NCBI GenBank assembly: GCA_002269645.1
Contig: NIVC01001819.1
Span: 51,605-115,604 of the forward strand
From: Macrostomum lignano
Lineage: Eukaryota
Direction of reading: 5' to 3'
Length of the DNA: 64,000 nt
The notes below the pieces were generated by a model. That model did not search any database and had not been told where the DNA came from. It saw only the letters and a program-made list of their open reading frames with translations. A program made the translations under genes and the position numbers. The stretch's first letter is position 1. Every line of letters begins with the position of its first letter. Of the stretch, positions 30,691-46,251 are shown piece by piece.

Positions 30691-31117
30691 ACAGTGGCGC
30701 ATACAGATGAGGGCCACGGCAAAAATTATGCTCTTCCAAAAACTACGTGCATAAATGAAAGAGGCAATTAAGATTTCCAAATTTAAGTGTAATCAAATAA
30801 TTAGATGAGAGTCGTATTATCGTAGAAATAAATCCTGAATATTATCTCGTAATTATCAGTTTCCTTGACGTGAAGAGACGGCAGGCGGCACTCTTTCAAC
30901 AGATTAGACATAAAATATATGGCTGCTCATCAAACAAAAAATATCAGGTTTGATTCGGCCCTGGAGTATACTAAAGATCAAGAACGCTTCATCATGCGCA
31001 GCGCGATGACAATTAAATGGTGAAATTGTAAATTTTGATGTGCAGACTGCGCAAGGGATTTGGAAATTTATGAAGTAGAGGAATTCAATATGCAAAGTAG
31101 GAAAAAGTAAAGGAAGG

Positions 31118-31355
31118 AGAGGAGAGGAGAGGAGAGGAGAGGAGAGGAGAGGAGAGGGGAGGAGAGGAGAGGAGAGGAGAGGAGAGGAGATGAGAGGAGA
31201 GGAGAGGAGAGGAGAGGAGAGGAGAGGAGAGGAGAGGAGAGGAGAGGAGAGGAGAGGAGAGGAGAGAGAGGAGAGGAGAGGAGAGAGAGGAGAGGAGAGG
31301 AGAGGAGAGGAGAGGAGAGGAGAGGAGAGGAGAGGAGAGGAGAGGAGAGGAGAGG
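31118..31355. repeat. (GAGAG)n pentanucleotide microsatellite
   Basis: Direct reading. Confidence 0.96.
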
Positions 31356-31858
31356 CCAGAGAGCGGCACAGAAAGGTGAGTTGAGAGGAACAGAAGTAGG
31401 AGATGCAGTCTCTTTTATCTGTTTCAAATCAAGATCAGAAGCTGCACAAGCCAGATGGCACAGATGCAAGCGTATCTATGATGGCAGTCACTTTGAAATT
31501 GGATTCGAAATTCGAATACAAAGATCTGCAACGTGCCAAATCCTATCTGAGAAGGGTTAGAAGCGTTCTAACCGACCTTTATTATTCGCTTCATTTTCAG
31601 TTGAGAGGCTGAGATTCCTCATCCGACTCTCTTAGCCTCTATATCAGCCTTATAGATTTTCGCATCTTGAAAGGGGATCAAATTACAATAGGGGGTTGAT
31701 GCAGAACAGATGTACAAAGCGGCAAAATATAGCAAAGCCAGACAGAAAAAATATATATCACAAGGAAAGATACAGGGATTTGCGGTCATATTTTGTTCAT
31801 CATTGCGTCTACATGAAGCGTATCGGCGAAAACCGACGGATGTCTGGAGACCCAAGTC

Positions 31859-32215
31859 TCAGGTGTCAGGAGTTGTCAGGTCGGGTGTCAGGAGTTGTCA
31901 AGTCGGGTGTCAGGAGTTGTCAGGTCGGGTGTCAGGAGTTGTCAAGTCGGGTGTCATGAGTGCTAAGTCGGGTGTCAGGAGTGCTAAGTCGGGTGTCAGG
32001 AGTTGTCAAGTCGGGTGTCAGGAGTTGACAAGTCGGGTGTCAGGAGTTGTCAAGTCGGATGTCAGGAGTTGTCAAGTCGGGTGTCAGGAGTGCTAAGTCG
32101 GGTGTCAGGAGTGCTAAGTCGGGTGTCAGGAGTTGTCAAGTCGGGTGTCAGGAGTTGACAAGTCGGGTGTCAGGAGTTGTCAAGTCGGATGTCAGGAGTT
32201 GTCAAGTCGTGTGTC
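31859..32215. repeat. 22-bp minisatellite (GTGTCAGGAGTTGTCAAGTCGG), ~16 copies
   Basis: Direct reading. Confidence 0.94.
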
Positions 32216-32670
32216 GGGTCCATTAAAGTCAAAAGAGAACTAAAGATCAAGTTTGACCTCGTGGCTTTAAAGAAAATAAGTCTGCTTCTGCTAATAATCT
32301 CAGCCCAGAGCTAACGTCCTACGTATCGCCAAAGTTGAACATGAAAAGAGGGAAATCTGTGAGTAGAACACCTGTGCTGAGGTGCAAATATTTGTGAGCC
32401 ATTTGAGTTAGGACTCTCGAGGCAGCACTGGCCATAGGGATCCGCAGCCATATGCTCAATGCAGATATGCAGATGCGATTCCGGATTTCGGACGGGCAGG
32501 TGCATTTTTCTCGCTTCACCGCGCGCACGAACCCGGTGGCCTCGCGCCTGTCCTATCCGTGAATAAACTGGAGCAATTTGCATTGAGGTGGAAATAATCA
32601 TGATTGGCCTGATTGGACTTCTAGAGCAGATAGACTGTGTTGCTTACTGCCAATAATTACTCTATATGCT

Positions 32671-33795
<1,125 letters not shown>

Positions 33796-35444
33796 ATAAA
33801 ATAGACAAGATAGAGGAGTGATATGAAAGCTCTCGCTAAGAGAGGCCAAGGTGAAACTGATTACTTTAATTATCAAAAACGCCAAGAGCAGCGGAGTCTT
33901 CAGTTTCAATTCAAAGCTGCAAAGGAACTCTTCCCTAAGATTTCCGATCGAAGATAATCAAAGCAAGCTGCCTTCTCGGGATGGAAAGCTATTCGGTACT
34001 GAAGCCAACGAAAAGGAGTTGCTACGTTGAGCACTGGCGGAGCGACACGGGAAATGCGGGGCCCCATCGGGACACGCAGCCAAGCCGATATTACAGGATA
34101 CGGGAGGATTTTCGACAACGTCTTTTGCCTATAGAAAAGTCGGAGTCGTAATTATCCCGATGATTATCCTTAAAAATGAAGGAAGAAAAGTGATGGAATA
34201 AATTTTTTTCTAGTCAGAACTGATGCTGCCCTCATCGGCTACTCCACCGCATGTCCGCGGCCTTTGCCGCAATTAGCCTGAAAGGCTTCCGAAATAAAGG
34301 GTTTGCAGATTGCGCGCTGGGGAGCAGTTCAACGAGAGGAGTGGGGAACTAGAAAGCCCAGTGAGGATCGAGAGTGGATCCTGAGAAAGGGAGCACTTCG
34401 CCCCCCAGGATTATTGGCCTGCTCAGTGCGCGCGTCTGGGAAGAGCTGCTACGCGTTTGCTGCGGTTGCGCTCGTTGAACCGAGGAGAAACGGAGATGAA
34501 GTTGCAATTGGCGGGCGGGCGAGGCTGACGCCAGAATGTGTGGAAAATTGAATGCCCTTACAATGCGTATGAAGAGTGGGGGATAGGGAGGGCTGATTAG
34601 ATGGCCTTCATACACTGTGCATAGTGTTGAAGGAACTTTAGAAATCATTTCCTGAAAGCCACGCGTGCACAGCTTCGATGAGCGGAATACATAGTACTCT
34701 AGCTAATGCTTTATGCTTGTGCTCACAAGTTACATTTCCTAAACATGAATTTCAAGCATCGTTTCTACCACATCAAGTTCATGCAGGACTGCAGCTCAAT
34801 AAGCCTTTAATATTTAACGGTTGACAAGAAAACTGGGCTGATGATTGATTCTTGATCGGCGATAACATTTATAATGTAAAATAAAATTAGAGGTTGTCCC
34901 TCATGGCTGCGAATCTCACGACAACCGGTCAGTTTTTATGCAGTAAAAATCCCGTGTTGTGCGAGAGTTGCACGTCATGCAGTGCTGAGATATAAGCGTA
35001 TAATTGCGTATAGACAAAATTACAGCAGAAGTTAAAACTATACTCGTAACAAAAAGTTGAGTGCATCTATACTCAACAACATTGAAGAGTCGCCACCCTT
35101 TGCCCCAGTGAGCAGTGTCTTTCGACCAGCGTCTATCACCCATGGCCAACCATTTTGATATTAAAAATGTTTGGAAAAAAACAATGAAAACCGGGCGGAA
35201 GCTTCAATCCATCCGATCTTCGCCCTCCGCTCTTCCCAATTCCTCCTCACCCAGCTCAACTCTGCGTCGCGTGGCGCAAGTTGCGTCACTCAAAAGTCAA
35301 TACTGAGCTAGAATTTACTGCGCACTCTCAAAGTTTGTTGAGTATATCTACAATTCTTCGATACCTTCTTAGCGTCTCCATCAGATGGCGTCAGATACAG
35401 AGAGATGCAGATGCTGAGTAATTGTTGCACTTCCACATCCGCAG

Positions 35445-35892
35445 CTACACCCTGCAGTGCGTGCTGCCGTTGAACATGTTCCTGGAGAAGATCTACGTGT
35501 TCCTGTGGTTCTGGCACGTCCTAGTCAGCATAGTGACTTTGGGGTCGTTCGTCAACTGGTTCTTTCGAATGGCGTTCGCTCGTCGTCGACTAATATTCGT
35601 TCGCAAATACCTGAAGATCATGAACGTGCTGAAAGACACGGACAAGACGACTAGTAGAAAGTTCGTTGAGAACTATCTACGCATAGACGGCGTTTTCATT
35701 TTTCGCCTAATCGCAATGAACTGCGGCGACATTGTGGCTGGCGACCTGGCCTGCGAGCTGTGGAGCATCTACCGGCACAAGCGGCTGCAAGAGTTGGACG
35801 ACACCAAACTGGAGACAACAGATCACAGGCATGTCGGCTTCCCGGGGCTCAATTCTAACAATGGGAATAACGGAGACGACAACATTGTGTAG
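35445..35892 (+). CDS. inx: Innexin B, coding exon 3
   Basis: Acceptor ATCCGCAG|C at 35444/35445. Translates H-YTLQCVLPLNMFLEKIYVFLWFW...RIDGVFIFRLI...DDNIV*. Exon sum 157+666+448=1271 nt, one base short of 424 codons. Confidence 0.94.
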
Positions 35893-38800
35893 AGTAGTAC
35901 AGGTTTTTGCGAATTTCGACATCTTGATAACTCGATTTGAGGTAGCCAACGTCAATCTAGCGCAAGCACACTGATATACACCCGTGCGACAGCTGCTTCG
36001 GAATTTGATTATGAACGCACATATTGTTTTAGTCAATTCAATTACAAGCAAGGGTTTAATTCCAAAGTGTTGTGTTTTACGCTGCCGAGAACTTCTCAAA
36101 CTGTTCGGGCGTACGCCACAAACTACGTTATTCATTATGCAATAGGATCAATGAACTTTCCTGCAGACTTTAACTTCGAAACATTTTGAATATAAATACC
36201 TGCTTTGTATTCTTTTAATATTCCTGGAATGCTTCTTTATTGCACTTTTATATAATTATCACACGTAAGTCCTGTTCAAATGCTATTAAAGTCCTTGCCT
36301 ATATAATGAGATAATTGCATAAGGTGTGTGTTAAGTTTTGTCATTTATTGTTAAGCTACCGAAAAAAATTTTCACGGTAGTTGCTTTGCTTGAAAAATGT
36401 TCTTTTGTCGTAAGAAGCGTCGGTTCTGTTATTTAAAATTTTTGTTTTATGGCATCCGTGCTGAGAGCTGAGATGATGGATCTGAGCATCGATACAGCAC
36501 AACGGGGGTTTGTAAACAAGAAACTGGTAGGTTTCTTTTATATCCACACCGCTACTCCACGCTATGCACTGTTGTTAACACTTAGTTTACCGGCTGTATA
36601 GCAATCCGATGGAGATGTGTGTACTTGTATATTACACCAACTTTCGGTCAACATTATGCATGCAGGTATAACGCAGTCATTTCCGTCGGTGCAATGTGAA
36701 AACGCCCATTCGCCTGTGACATCTGTTTGACGCGAATCCGTCTTAATTCCGCTGGTGAACTACAGAAAACCTCATCATAAATACCTCATCGATTTATATG
36801 TTTTCAAATATTTTAGTAAAGATTTTAAAAAGTCAAATATTCTGACTGAGAATATGTTAAGCTTTTTGATGATGTGTGTGCATTTGCGCACGAGTTTTGC
36901 ACAGAATAATCGATGCACTTCTCAAGTTTTGCGAATTGCTTTTGATGTTGCACGTCCTCTATTTTTGCATCATAATATAATAATGCATCTTTCCTCTATG
37001 AGCAATGTTATTTTTGTGTAGATTCTTCACTTTTGTATACTGGATGTGCAACAGTAGTTTGATCAATTGTGGAATACTAAGCCTGTGTAGCCATTGTCCA
37101 AAGGTGTACACTACGTTATATAGCTATACATGTATAAACATTTAGATTTGCTTGTTGCAATGAGACATGAACAATTGTTTGTCGGGATTTATAAAGTTTT
37201 AATTTTATTCATTAAGCTATGAACATATTGTTTTGTTAATAGAATTGAAATCCTTAGCTTCGGTTTTGCTTTTTCCTCTTAATTTTAGGATTTTTAGGAA
37301 TTTATCAAGTTCGTTCTTTGTGTTTGTGTAACATAAATGTACTGCTAAAACTGTAAAATGTGTCAATTAATGTTCTGTGTAGAATTTCGATTTTAAAGCT
37401 ATATATTTATATCTCAATTCTTTGCGCAGCCCCTAGATGTAAAACGAAACCTTCAAGTTTTGATAGAGTATAATTATTGAAGCATGCTAAAGCTATAGTT
37501 AAACGTCACTCGTTAGAAAATTTAAACAAATCAATTGGTAGCTGCATGTAATTGTTAGGATCGGCAAAATACTAATACTTGCCGAAATTCTCACGTGTCG
37601 CTAATGATGTAATTTTGCAATTTCTTTCTGTTAACATATTGTTACGTTTATGAAGAGTTTAGCCCGCTTCATGACAAATATAGGCTCCGCACTCAACAAG
37701 AGTTAATGCACTCTGTTTAAGTGACGAACATTCTCGTTAAGAAAAATGTCAAAATATTCCGTTATTTACTGTACTTTACAAACTAAATTGTAGATGTTCG
37801 TCTACTCGTATAATAAAACAAAATATAATTGTGTACATCATGCATTCACAAATATATAGTCAGCTAAAACAAAACTTCGTCAATTTTGCATCATTGCTTA
37901 CCTGTTGCCTTTTCTTGTTATTGACAATCATTAATCAATCTCGAGCTGTAACACGAAAACTCTACAATCCATTAGCTTCTCTACCTATCGTACGAGTATA
38001 CATCCCAGGTACGTGCAGGCGATGATGCTATATAAGAGCAACTTCAATTCACCTGGGGCAGAGCTCCACGTTGTTTAAAATCTTTATTATGATTGCTAAA
38101 GATAACCGCAAATCAATAATCTACAGCGATATAGCGGTCGCCAACACCAGATTATTTTAAAAACTTCGAGCTTATTATACATTAGTCAGCAAATTCTTAA
38201 TTCAAGGTCAGATGCTCACTACAACTGTATTCAACCTATACTGCTATTATAAGCCATCTTGCATAGAAGCTTGAGAATGATATACTCGTATTATTTTACT
38301 GAATTAATATCAATTAGGAGCGACTTTATAAGTATTAATATACGAAGAACTACATTTCTTGAAAGAAATTTAGTAGGCAGCTAGGGTTTTTTTAACCGAA
38401 AAACAGATTATGGAGATAGCAGCTGTTTTACTTCAGCACAAAAATGACAGCTTTTGATTAGAAGGGAGACCCAATGTTCATTTTTGATACATGTATATCT
38501 TGCCTTTCTTGTGGTTCTATTGATATTCATAGATTTTTTAAGAAAATTAGGATTCTGTTATTAATTTTATATCCCACGCATGTTCCACGCCTAAAAATTA
38601 CAAAAATGGCACAACTCGATCGACTCATTTCGTTATATGAATCGATTTTATCATTCTGTTACAGTCATCATTAAGCTAAAACTGATAAAAATTTATCATA
38701 AATGATAAAATGATAAAAATGACTGTAGGTGCTAGTCCAACTACATGTATACTAAATAATCACCCTTATTATATTAAGCATCATGTGAAAAGTATAATTC

Positions 38801-40307
38801 CAAAGCAGACTGCGGCCACCTAAACAAAAAATTTACTATCACGAAAATTTTGAGCTTAATAGACTACTGTGAGTACGGTTGTTTGTAGCAGAAATACCAT
38901 TCTGGCGCTAAAAATTCGCCACACCGGTTTCTTGCAAAGAAAGAAAAGATCCATGATCTGAAGAGATTGATCCGGTCCTTGCATGGGGCGGCATATCAAA
39001 TTGCGCGAAATAATTAGCTACCGACTGGATTGGCGAAACATACTTAGCGCTGACAATTGACTAAGGCTAATACTTAGTGCCTTATTTGCTGACCAAGGTT
39101 TAATACATGTCGTTTAGCCGCACTATTATTTTATGATTTATTATTACCTTAGTCTAATTTTCAAGGGCGAGAGCTACTAGACAGAAATAACTAACAACAA
39201 AGTAGCAATTGAGTAGAATATTAATCCTCAGAGACACACGTGAAAGGGACATTTGAGCGCAAAGAGAAAAAAAAACCTGTTTTTTATTCTATTTAATCAG
39301 CTGGGCTCACTGCGGCCGCCAAACGTTAGCGCTGCTGATGTCAGACGGTACAACACTACAAGACAGAAATAGTGGGCAAAAGAAGAATGTCACAGACACG
39401 CAAACTTGAAACCGAGCCTTCACAGCTAAGAACTGTAAATATACTAGTAAATATAACAACAATTTCTAAGCGTTTTGGCATAAAGAAAGCGATTTGATTT
39501 TGTTTGAAAACTTATCACTAAAAAACGTTAATCTTTAAACAAAAAAACGGACAAATTTTGAAAGCGGAAACCGACTGTTGCTCATAGCTAATAATTATAG
39601 GGTTTAAAGTTGCAATTTTGGACAACTAATAATAATATAACAATAACTAAAAACTAGTCAATGGCCGCAAAACAATAATTGAGACAGTATTTTGCTCGGA
39701 TCGAAGAAAAACGAACGAAAAAACCGGACACAAACGAAGGAAAAACGAAATAAAAGAAATAAAAAAAAGACTGAGACACGGTGAAAAGTTGCCCAGATCG
39801 ATTTGAAAGTAAGCAACAAGCAGTGTCTTACAGCAGAGATCCTATAGCCGTGTGCAGTGGAGTTAAAGAGAAGACTTGGGGAGAGTGCGCAGTTCAGTGA
39901 GAGAGAGAGACGGCAAGGAGGGTTAAAGGAATGAAAAAATAGTAGGAAACAGTCCAAGTCGCACACACGGCAGCGGTTCTTTCTTAATAGCTACAGATTA
40001 CAGTGCTGGCATGATTCAGCAGTTCTTTCCCTAGCCCGAGCAGTGCGTCAAATACTCGTGCTGTAAAGTTTTCAATTTTACACTGTTTTACGCTAGAGAC
40101 CACGCTGCACTGCTTGAATACCTCCCTCCCACTCTCGCAGAGTTTCAACCAGCAAAAGTTGCTACATGGCAGAGATTGCGACACTGAGAAATACGCGAAT
40201 TTTATTATTTTTTTTTACGCAAGACAAACACACGTATAGGAAAAAATCGTAACAACATCTAAAATATTGCCACCGCGATATTCATAAAATTGGGGCTAAT
40301 AATTAAT

Positions 40308-40915
40308 CTGGGAGGCTGGCCCAGCAACTGAGGATGTGGGAGGCTGGCCCAGCAACTGAGGATGTGGGAGGCTGGCCCAGCAACTGAGGATGTGGGAGGC
40401 TGGCCCAGCAACTGAGGATGTGGGAGGCTGGCCCAGCAACTGACACTCTGGGAGGCTGGCCCAGCAACTGAGGATGTGGGAGGCTGGCCCAGCAACTGAG
40501 GATGTGGGAGGCTGGCCCAGCAACTGAGGATGTGGGAGGCTGGCCCAGCAACTGAGGATCTGGGAGGCTGGCCCAGCAACTGAGGATCTGGGAGGCTGGC
40601 CCAGCAACTGAGGATCTAGGGGGCTGTCCCAGGCTGCAACTGAGGATCTGGGAGGCTGGCCCAGCAACTGAGGATGTGGGAGGCTGGCCCAGCAACTGAG
40701 GATCTGGGAGGCTGGCCCAGCAACTGAGGATCTAGGGGGCTGTCCCAGGCTGCAACTGAGGATCTGGGAGGCTGGCCCAGCAACTGAGGATGTGGGAGGC
40801 TGGCCCAGCAACTGAGGATCTGGGAGGCTGGCCCAGCAACTGAGGATCTGGGAGGCTGGCCCAGCAACTGAGGATCTAGGGGGCTGTCCCAGGCTGCAAC
40901 TGAGGATCTGGGAGG
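40308..40915. repeat. 28-bp minisatellite (TGAGGATCTGGGAGGCTGGCCCAGCAAC), copy 1 of the family
   Basis: Direct reading; the same unit occurs at 50995-51360. Confidence 0.95.
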
Positions 40916-41665
40916 AAGAAATTCAAAGCACCCTATGTACCCTGCAGAAGGCATGGGAAGATGCTTAAAGATAGGGAGTTACTATTACTCAAAGCGGTTC
41001 AACCCAAACTGGAGAGAGACGCTTCCGACTCAATAGACATACAAAATTATCACTCTGTTGTCATTAAACAGAAAACATTTGTTTGCTAGGCGCGGGTTGC
41101 AAGGCAGCGAAGTGACAAAACCAAACCAACACGGCTAACACAAAACTAAATTGAAAAATTATTCTACTAAACGAATATATGGCTCCTTCAAACTCTTGAA
41201 TTGCTTCTATAAAAAATAATAATAATCCTGCATAGCAGGTTTCCTATAAGCCAAAAATACCAGCTCATAACTCAATTGACTAGTTAGATCCTAAAGAATC
41301 CTTGTCCAATCAACTTTCTGGTATTTGGCACCAAAGTTGTAAAAAAAATTGCTTCACGAATTCATATACGAGTAATTTGACCTTGTGATGTAACTAATGT
41401 AACAAATAGGTTCAAAATGCTAGCTCAAAAATTATTCAAATTTAACTTACTAACTGCTTTTTGTGTCCAAAAAACAAAAGGCAAGCACACGACAAAAAAG
41501 TAAAAGACAAAGGCGCAATCTATGGCAACATGAAAATAATGAATAATTAATAACTTTGGAGGAGCCAATGGGTCTCTATTGTGTCTATAGCGGACAACAC
41601 CAAAGACAAGATGGCTGATAGAGTAAATATCAAAGAATATTTTCCACTCAGCATTATCACCATTT

Positions 41666-42716
41666 GACACAGGTTCAAAGTGTCACTATGAGATCTCTAA
41701 GCTGAGACACAGTTTCAAAGTGTCACTATGAGATCTCTAAGCTGAGACACAGTTTCAAAGTGTCACTATGAGATCTCTAAGCTGAGACACAGTTTCAAAG
41801 TGTCACTATGAGATCTCTAAGCTGAGACACAGTTTCAAAGTGTCACTATGAGATCTCTAAGCTGAGACACAGTTTCAAAGTGTCACTATGAGATCTCTAA
41901 GCTGAGACACAGTTTCAAAGTGTCACTATGAGATCTCTAAGCTGAGACACAGTTTCAAAGTGTCACTATGAGATCTCTAAGCTGAGACACAGTTTCAAAG
42001 TGTCACTATGAGATCTCTAAGCTGAGACACAGTTTCAAAGTGTCACTATGAGATCTCTAGGCTGAGACACAGTTTCAAAGTGTCACTATGAGATCTCTAA
42101 GCTGAGACACAGTTTCAAAGTGTCCCTATGAGATCTCTAAGCTGAGACACAATTTCAAAGTGTCCCTATGAGATCTCTAAGCTGAGACACAGTTTCAAAG
42201 TGTCACTATGAGATCTCTAAGCTGAGACACAGTTTCAAAGTGTCACTATGAGATCTCTAAGCTGAGACACAGTTTCAAAGTGTCACTATGAGATCTCTAA
42301 GCTGAGACACAGTTTCAAAGTGTCACTATGAGATCTCTAAGCTGAGACACAGTTTCAAAGTGTCACTATGAGATCTCTAAGCTGAGACACAGTTTCAAAG
42401 TGTCACTATGAGATCTCTAAGCTGAGACACAGTTTCAAAGTGTCACTATGAGATCTCTAAGCTGAGACACAGTTTCAAAGTGTCACTATGAGATCTCTAA
42501 GCTGAGACACAGTTTCAAAGTGTCACTATGAGATCTCTAGGCTGAGACACAGTTTCAAAGTGTCCCTATGAGATCTCTAGGCTGAGACACAGTTTCAAAG
42601 TGTCCCTATGAGATCTCTAAGCTGAGACACAATTTCAAAGTGTCCCTATGAGATCTCTAAGCTGAGACACAGTTTCAAAGTGTCACTATGAGATCTCTAA
42701 GCTGAGACACAGTTTC
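41666..42716. repeat. 40-bp minisatellite (AGTTTCAAAGTGTCACTATGAGATCTCTAAGCTGAGACAC), ~26 copies
   Basis: Direct reading. Confidence 0.97.
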
Positions 42717-43619
42717 AGTCTCATAAAAAATCTTAAAAAAGTCAAATTACGAGAAAATGGGTTAATTCACACAAAATGGCAACACCTAAATTACACAAAC
42801 GATGGAGAAAATAAAAAGCACATCCAATAAAAAAACTGAGAGTGAAGTTGACCGACACCCAATAAATATATCCAGACAATGATTATATATATATATATAT
42901 ATAATCAAAACAAGCGTCACTACAATAATAATAGGGTCACTACAATTATATTGAAAGTGAAACAACAAACCCAAACAATATTGCGTTATAATAAATTCTT
43001 GACATCAACAATAATAACTATAGAAAACGCCAGTGAGTTTTTGATCTTTTTTAGTTTAGCATGAATTGAAAACAAAAACTTATAGACGATGTAGACAGGG
43101 ACTCTTGCACTTACGAAATGAACATGCTGCTTCGAGAAAAAGATAGAGAGAAGTTTGCGCAATGGTAACAGACATATTGCAGTTCAAGTTTTCCAGTTTG
43201 GCATTCATTTGCTCTTGTCTTTGTTTTTATTGAACACTGAAATAAAAAAAAATAATTTCGATTATATATTAAAAAAGCAGCATGTACTTTAAAATTAAAA
43301 TAGACCATAATTAGCAAGACAATAAACAAAAAACTCACAGCCCAGCACACCCTTTTTCTTCTTCTTGGGGGCCTGAAAAGTTAAAACAAATTAAAAGCAG
43401 TGAAACAATTCTTTACTTGTCAAAATTGAATTTCAGTTAAGCATTTTCAAACTGTTTTACAGATCACAGATAAAAGGCGTAAGTGCAAGTATACTTACAT
43501 TGGCTGAGGTGAACTCGCAGTAAAATTTAATACTTCATATTTCTAATCGCTACCTACATGTAAATTTTCGGCATTGGAAGATTTTAGCTAACATCTTTCA
43601 TTCTCCTTTCTGTCTTAGT

Positions 43620-44980
43620 GTTGTCTGTGTGCCTGTCTGTCTTAGAGCCCCCTGGTTTGTCTGTCTACCGCCCGCCTCTGTCTGTCTGCCTGCCTGTCAT
43701 TCTGTCTTCTGTGTGTCTGTCTGTCTGTCTGCCTGCCTGTCATTCTGTCTTCTGTGTGCCTGTCTGTCTGTCTGTCTGCCTGCCTGTCATTCTGTCTTCT
43801 GTGTGTCTGTCTGCCTGTCATTCTGTCTTCTGTGTGTCTGTCTGTCTGTCTGCCTGCCTGTCATTCTGTCTTCTGTGTGTCTGTCTGCCTGTCATTCTGT
43901 CTTCTGTGTGTCTGTCTGTCTGTCTGCCTGCCTGTCATTCTGTCTTCTGTGTGTCTGTCTGTCTGTCTGTCTGTCTGCCTGCCTGTCATTCTGTCTTCTG
44001 TGTGTCTGTCTGTCTGTCTGTCTGCCTGCCTGTCATTCTGTCTTCTGTGTGTCTGTCTGTCTGTCTTCTGTGTGTCTGTCTGTCTGTCTTCTGTGTCTGT
44101 CTGTCTGTCTTCTGTGTGTCTGTCTGTCTGTCTGCCTGCCTGTCTTCTGTCTTCTGTGTATCTGTCTGTCTGTCTGTCTTCTGTGTGTCTGTCTGTCTGT
44201 CTGCCTGCCTGTCATTCTGTCTTCTGTGTCTGTCTGTCTGTCTGTCTGCCTGCCTGTCATTCTGTCTTCTGTCTGTCTGTCTGCCTGCCTGTCATTCTGT
44301 CTTCTGTGTGTCTGTTTGTCTGTCTCCTGTGTGTCTGTCTGTCTGTCTGTCTGCCTGCCTGTCTTCTGTCTTCTGTGTATCTGTCTGTCTGCCTGCCTGT
44401 CATTCTGTCTTCTGTGTGTCTGTCTGTCTGTCTGTCTGCCTGTCATTCTGTCTTCTGTGTGTCTGTCTGTCTGTCTGCCTGCCTGTCATTCTGTCTTCTG
44501 TGTGTCTGTCTGTCTGTCTTCTGTGTGTCTGTCTGTCTGTCTGCCTGTCTTCTGTCTTCTGTGTATCTGTCTGTCTGTCTGTCTGTCTTCTGTGTGTCTG
44601 TCTGTCTGTCTGCCTGCCTGTCATTCTGTCTTCTGTGTCTGTCTGTCTGTCTGTCTGCCTGCCTGTCATTCTGTCTTCTGTGTGTCCGTCTGCCTGCCTG
44701 TCATTCTGTCTTCTGTGTGTCTGTCTGTCTGTCTTCTGTGTGTCTGTCTGTCTGTCTGCCTGCCTGTCATTCTGTCTTCTGTGTGTCTGTCTGTCTGTCT
44801 GTCTGCCTGCCTGTCATTCTGTCTTCTGTGTGTCTGTCTGTCTTCTGTGTGTCTGTCTGTCTGTCTGCCTGCCTGTCATTCTGTCTTCTGTGTGTCTGTC
44901 TGTCTGTCTGCCTGCCTGTCATTCTGTCTTCTGTGTGTCTGTCTGTCTGTCTTCTGTGTGTTTGTCGGTCTGTCTGTCTG
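43620..44980. repeat. (TCTG)n-derived compound satellite with a CCTGCCTGTCATTCTGTCTTCTGTGTG subunit
   Basis: Direct reading. Confidence 0.95.
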
Positions 44981-45534
44981 CCAGTCCGCCCGCCTATCTA
45001 TATCAGTTTGTATTCATATTTCCAAAGCAAAAACAAAGAACCCCAGTGAACTGTTAGCTCAGTAATCTATATATATATTCGAGCTCGTAGCTCCAAGTGA
45101 GCGCACAAATTAATAATAACTACACACGCGCTAAAGCAAGACAAGAGCGCAATTCCGATTTCACACGAAGCACACGCGACAAGGGTGAACGCACAGAACT
45201 GTTCCTCTGTTGCGATTTTGAGCACTGAAGACGGTAGGCTCTGGTGCAAGCTCAGAAACAAAGATGACACGAAACACATTGATACTGAATTCAACTCAAC
45301 TGTATAAGAAGAAATCGTTGTAATCACATTAACATTTATAGAATGTTAAATACATGTAATATGTGCCAGATAGACATTGATTTTAACTAAATGAAACTAC
45401 ACTAAGAGTAATTAAGTGCATATATCAGAGTAAGACAAACGTACAGGAACCCTGGAGTACATCCGCCTTTGTAATCAGTAGGATTGCAAAAATTTAACTA
45501 CGAGCTTGCGATTGTTTACTCATAAATCGAAGTT

Positions 45535-45890
45535 GGATCATGGGTCAATGGGTCAATTCAACTGGATCAGTGGGTCTATCACCCTGGAACCTGGGTCACT
45601 GGGTCAATCACCTGGAACGTGGGTCATTGGGTCAATCACACTGGAACCTGGGTCAATCATCCCGGAACCTGAGTCATTGAGTCAATACAACAGGGTCATT
45701 GAGTCAGTCCAGCTGGGTTTCTGGGTCAATCAACCTGGAACCTAGATCATTGGGTCAATCACCCTGTGTCAATGGGTCAATCCACCTGGGTCATTGGGTC
45801 AATGGGTCAGTCCACCTGGGTCATTTCGTCAATGGGTCAATCCACCTGGGTCATTGGGTCAATGGGTCAGTCCACCAGGGTTCAATGGTT
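45535..45890. repeat. Degenerate GGGTCAAT/CACCTGG minisatellite
   Basis: Repeated GGGTCAAT and CCACCTGGGTCA motifs. Confidence 0.8.
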
Positions 45891-46209
45891 TATTTAAGTA
45901 TAGAATCATAACATAAACTAGGAAAATAATTTTCTAAGCCGATAAATCAATATCGCCAAATTCAAATTGATTGAAGAACAGAGAAGAGCGTGCATAAATT
46001 CTGACTGACCGACACAAAAACTGGCAAGAGTTAAGCGAAGAGTAAGTGAATAATAAAAACCCATATTTGAAGTGAAATTAGAAGATAAGTCCAGCACAAT
46101 ATAAATAAGGAAATCAGAGACAGTTTCGACAAGTAAAGCAAACATACTACACCAAATACTGACAAGGTTTATGAAATGATCCGTGCCTAAATAATGCAAA
46201 TATACTCAC

Positions 46210-46251
46210 TGCACCAGTCTCATCCTTGGAGCTAGTGCTCTCTCGTCTTGC
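46210..46251 (-). CDS. RRBP1: RRBP1/kinectin-like, coding exon 6 (ARRESTSSKDETGA)
   Basis: On the minus strand, TTTGCAG|GCA...GCA|GTGAGT; 42 nt, phase 0/0, compatible with exon 5. Confidence 0.7.

Noticed and set aside
28512-30780. Three ~720-aa Cys-rich minus-strand ORFs
   Set aside because: Translations of the 14-bp satellite
35890-35940. Stop-codon readthrough of the innexin TAG stops
   Set aside because: No readthrough-favouring context or conserved extension is visible, and both proteins end in plausible terminal Val motifs
41666-42716. CRISPR-like appearance of the 28-45-bp repeat arrays (also 663-1420, 22761-25410, 40308-40915)
   Set aside because: Units are head-to-tail with no unique spacers, there are no cas genes, and the context is eukaryotic and intronic or intergenic
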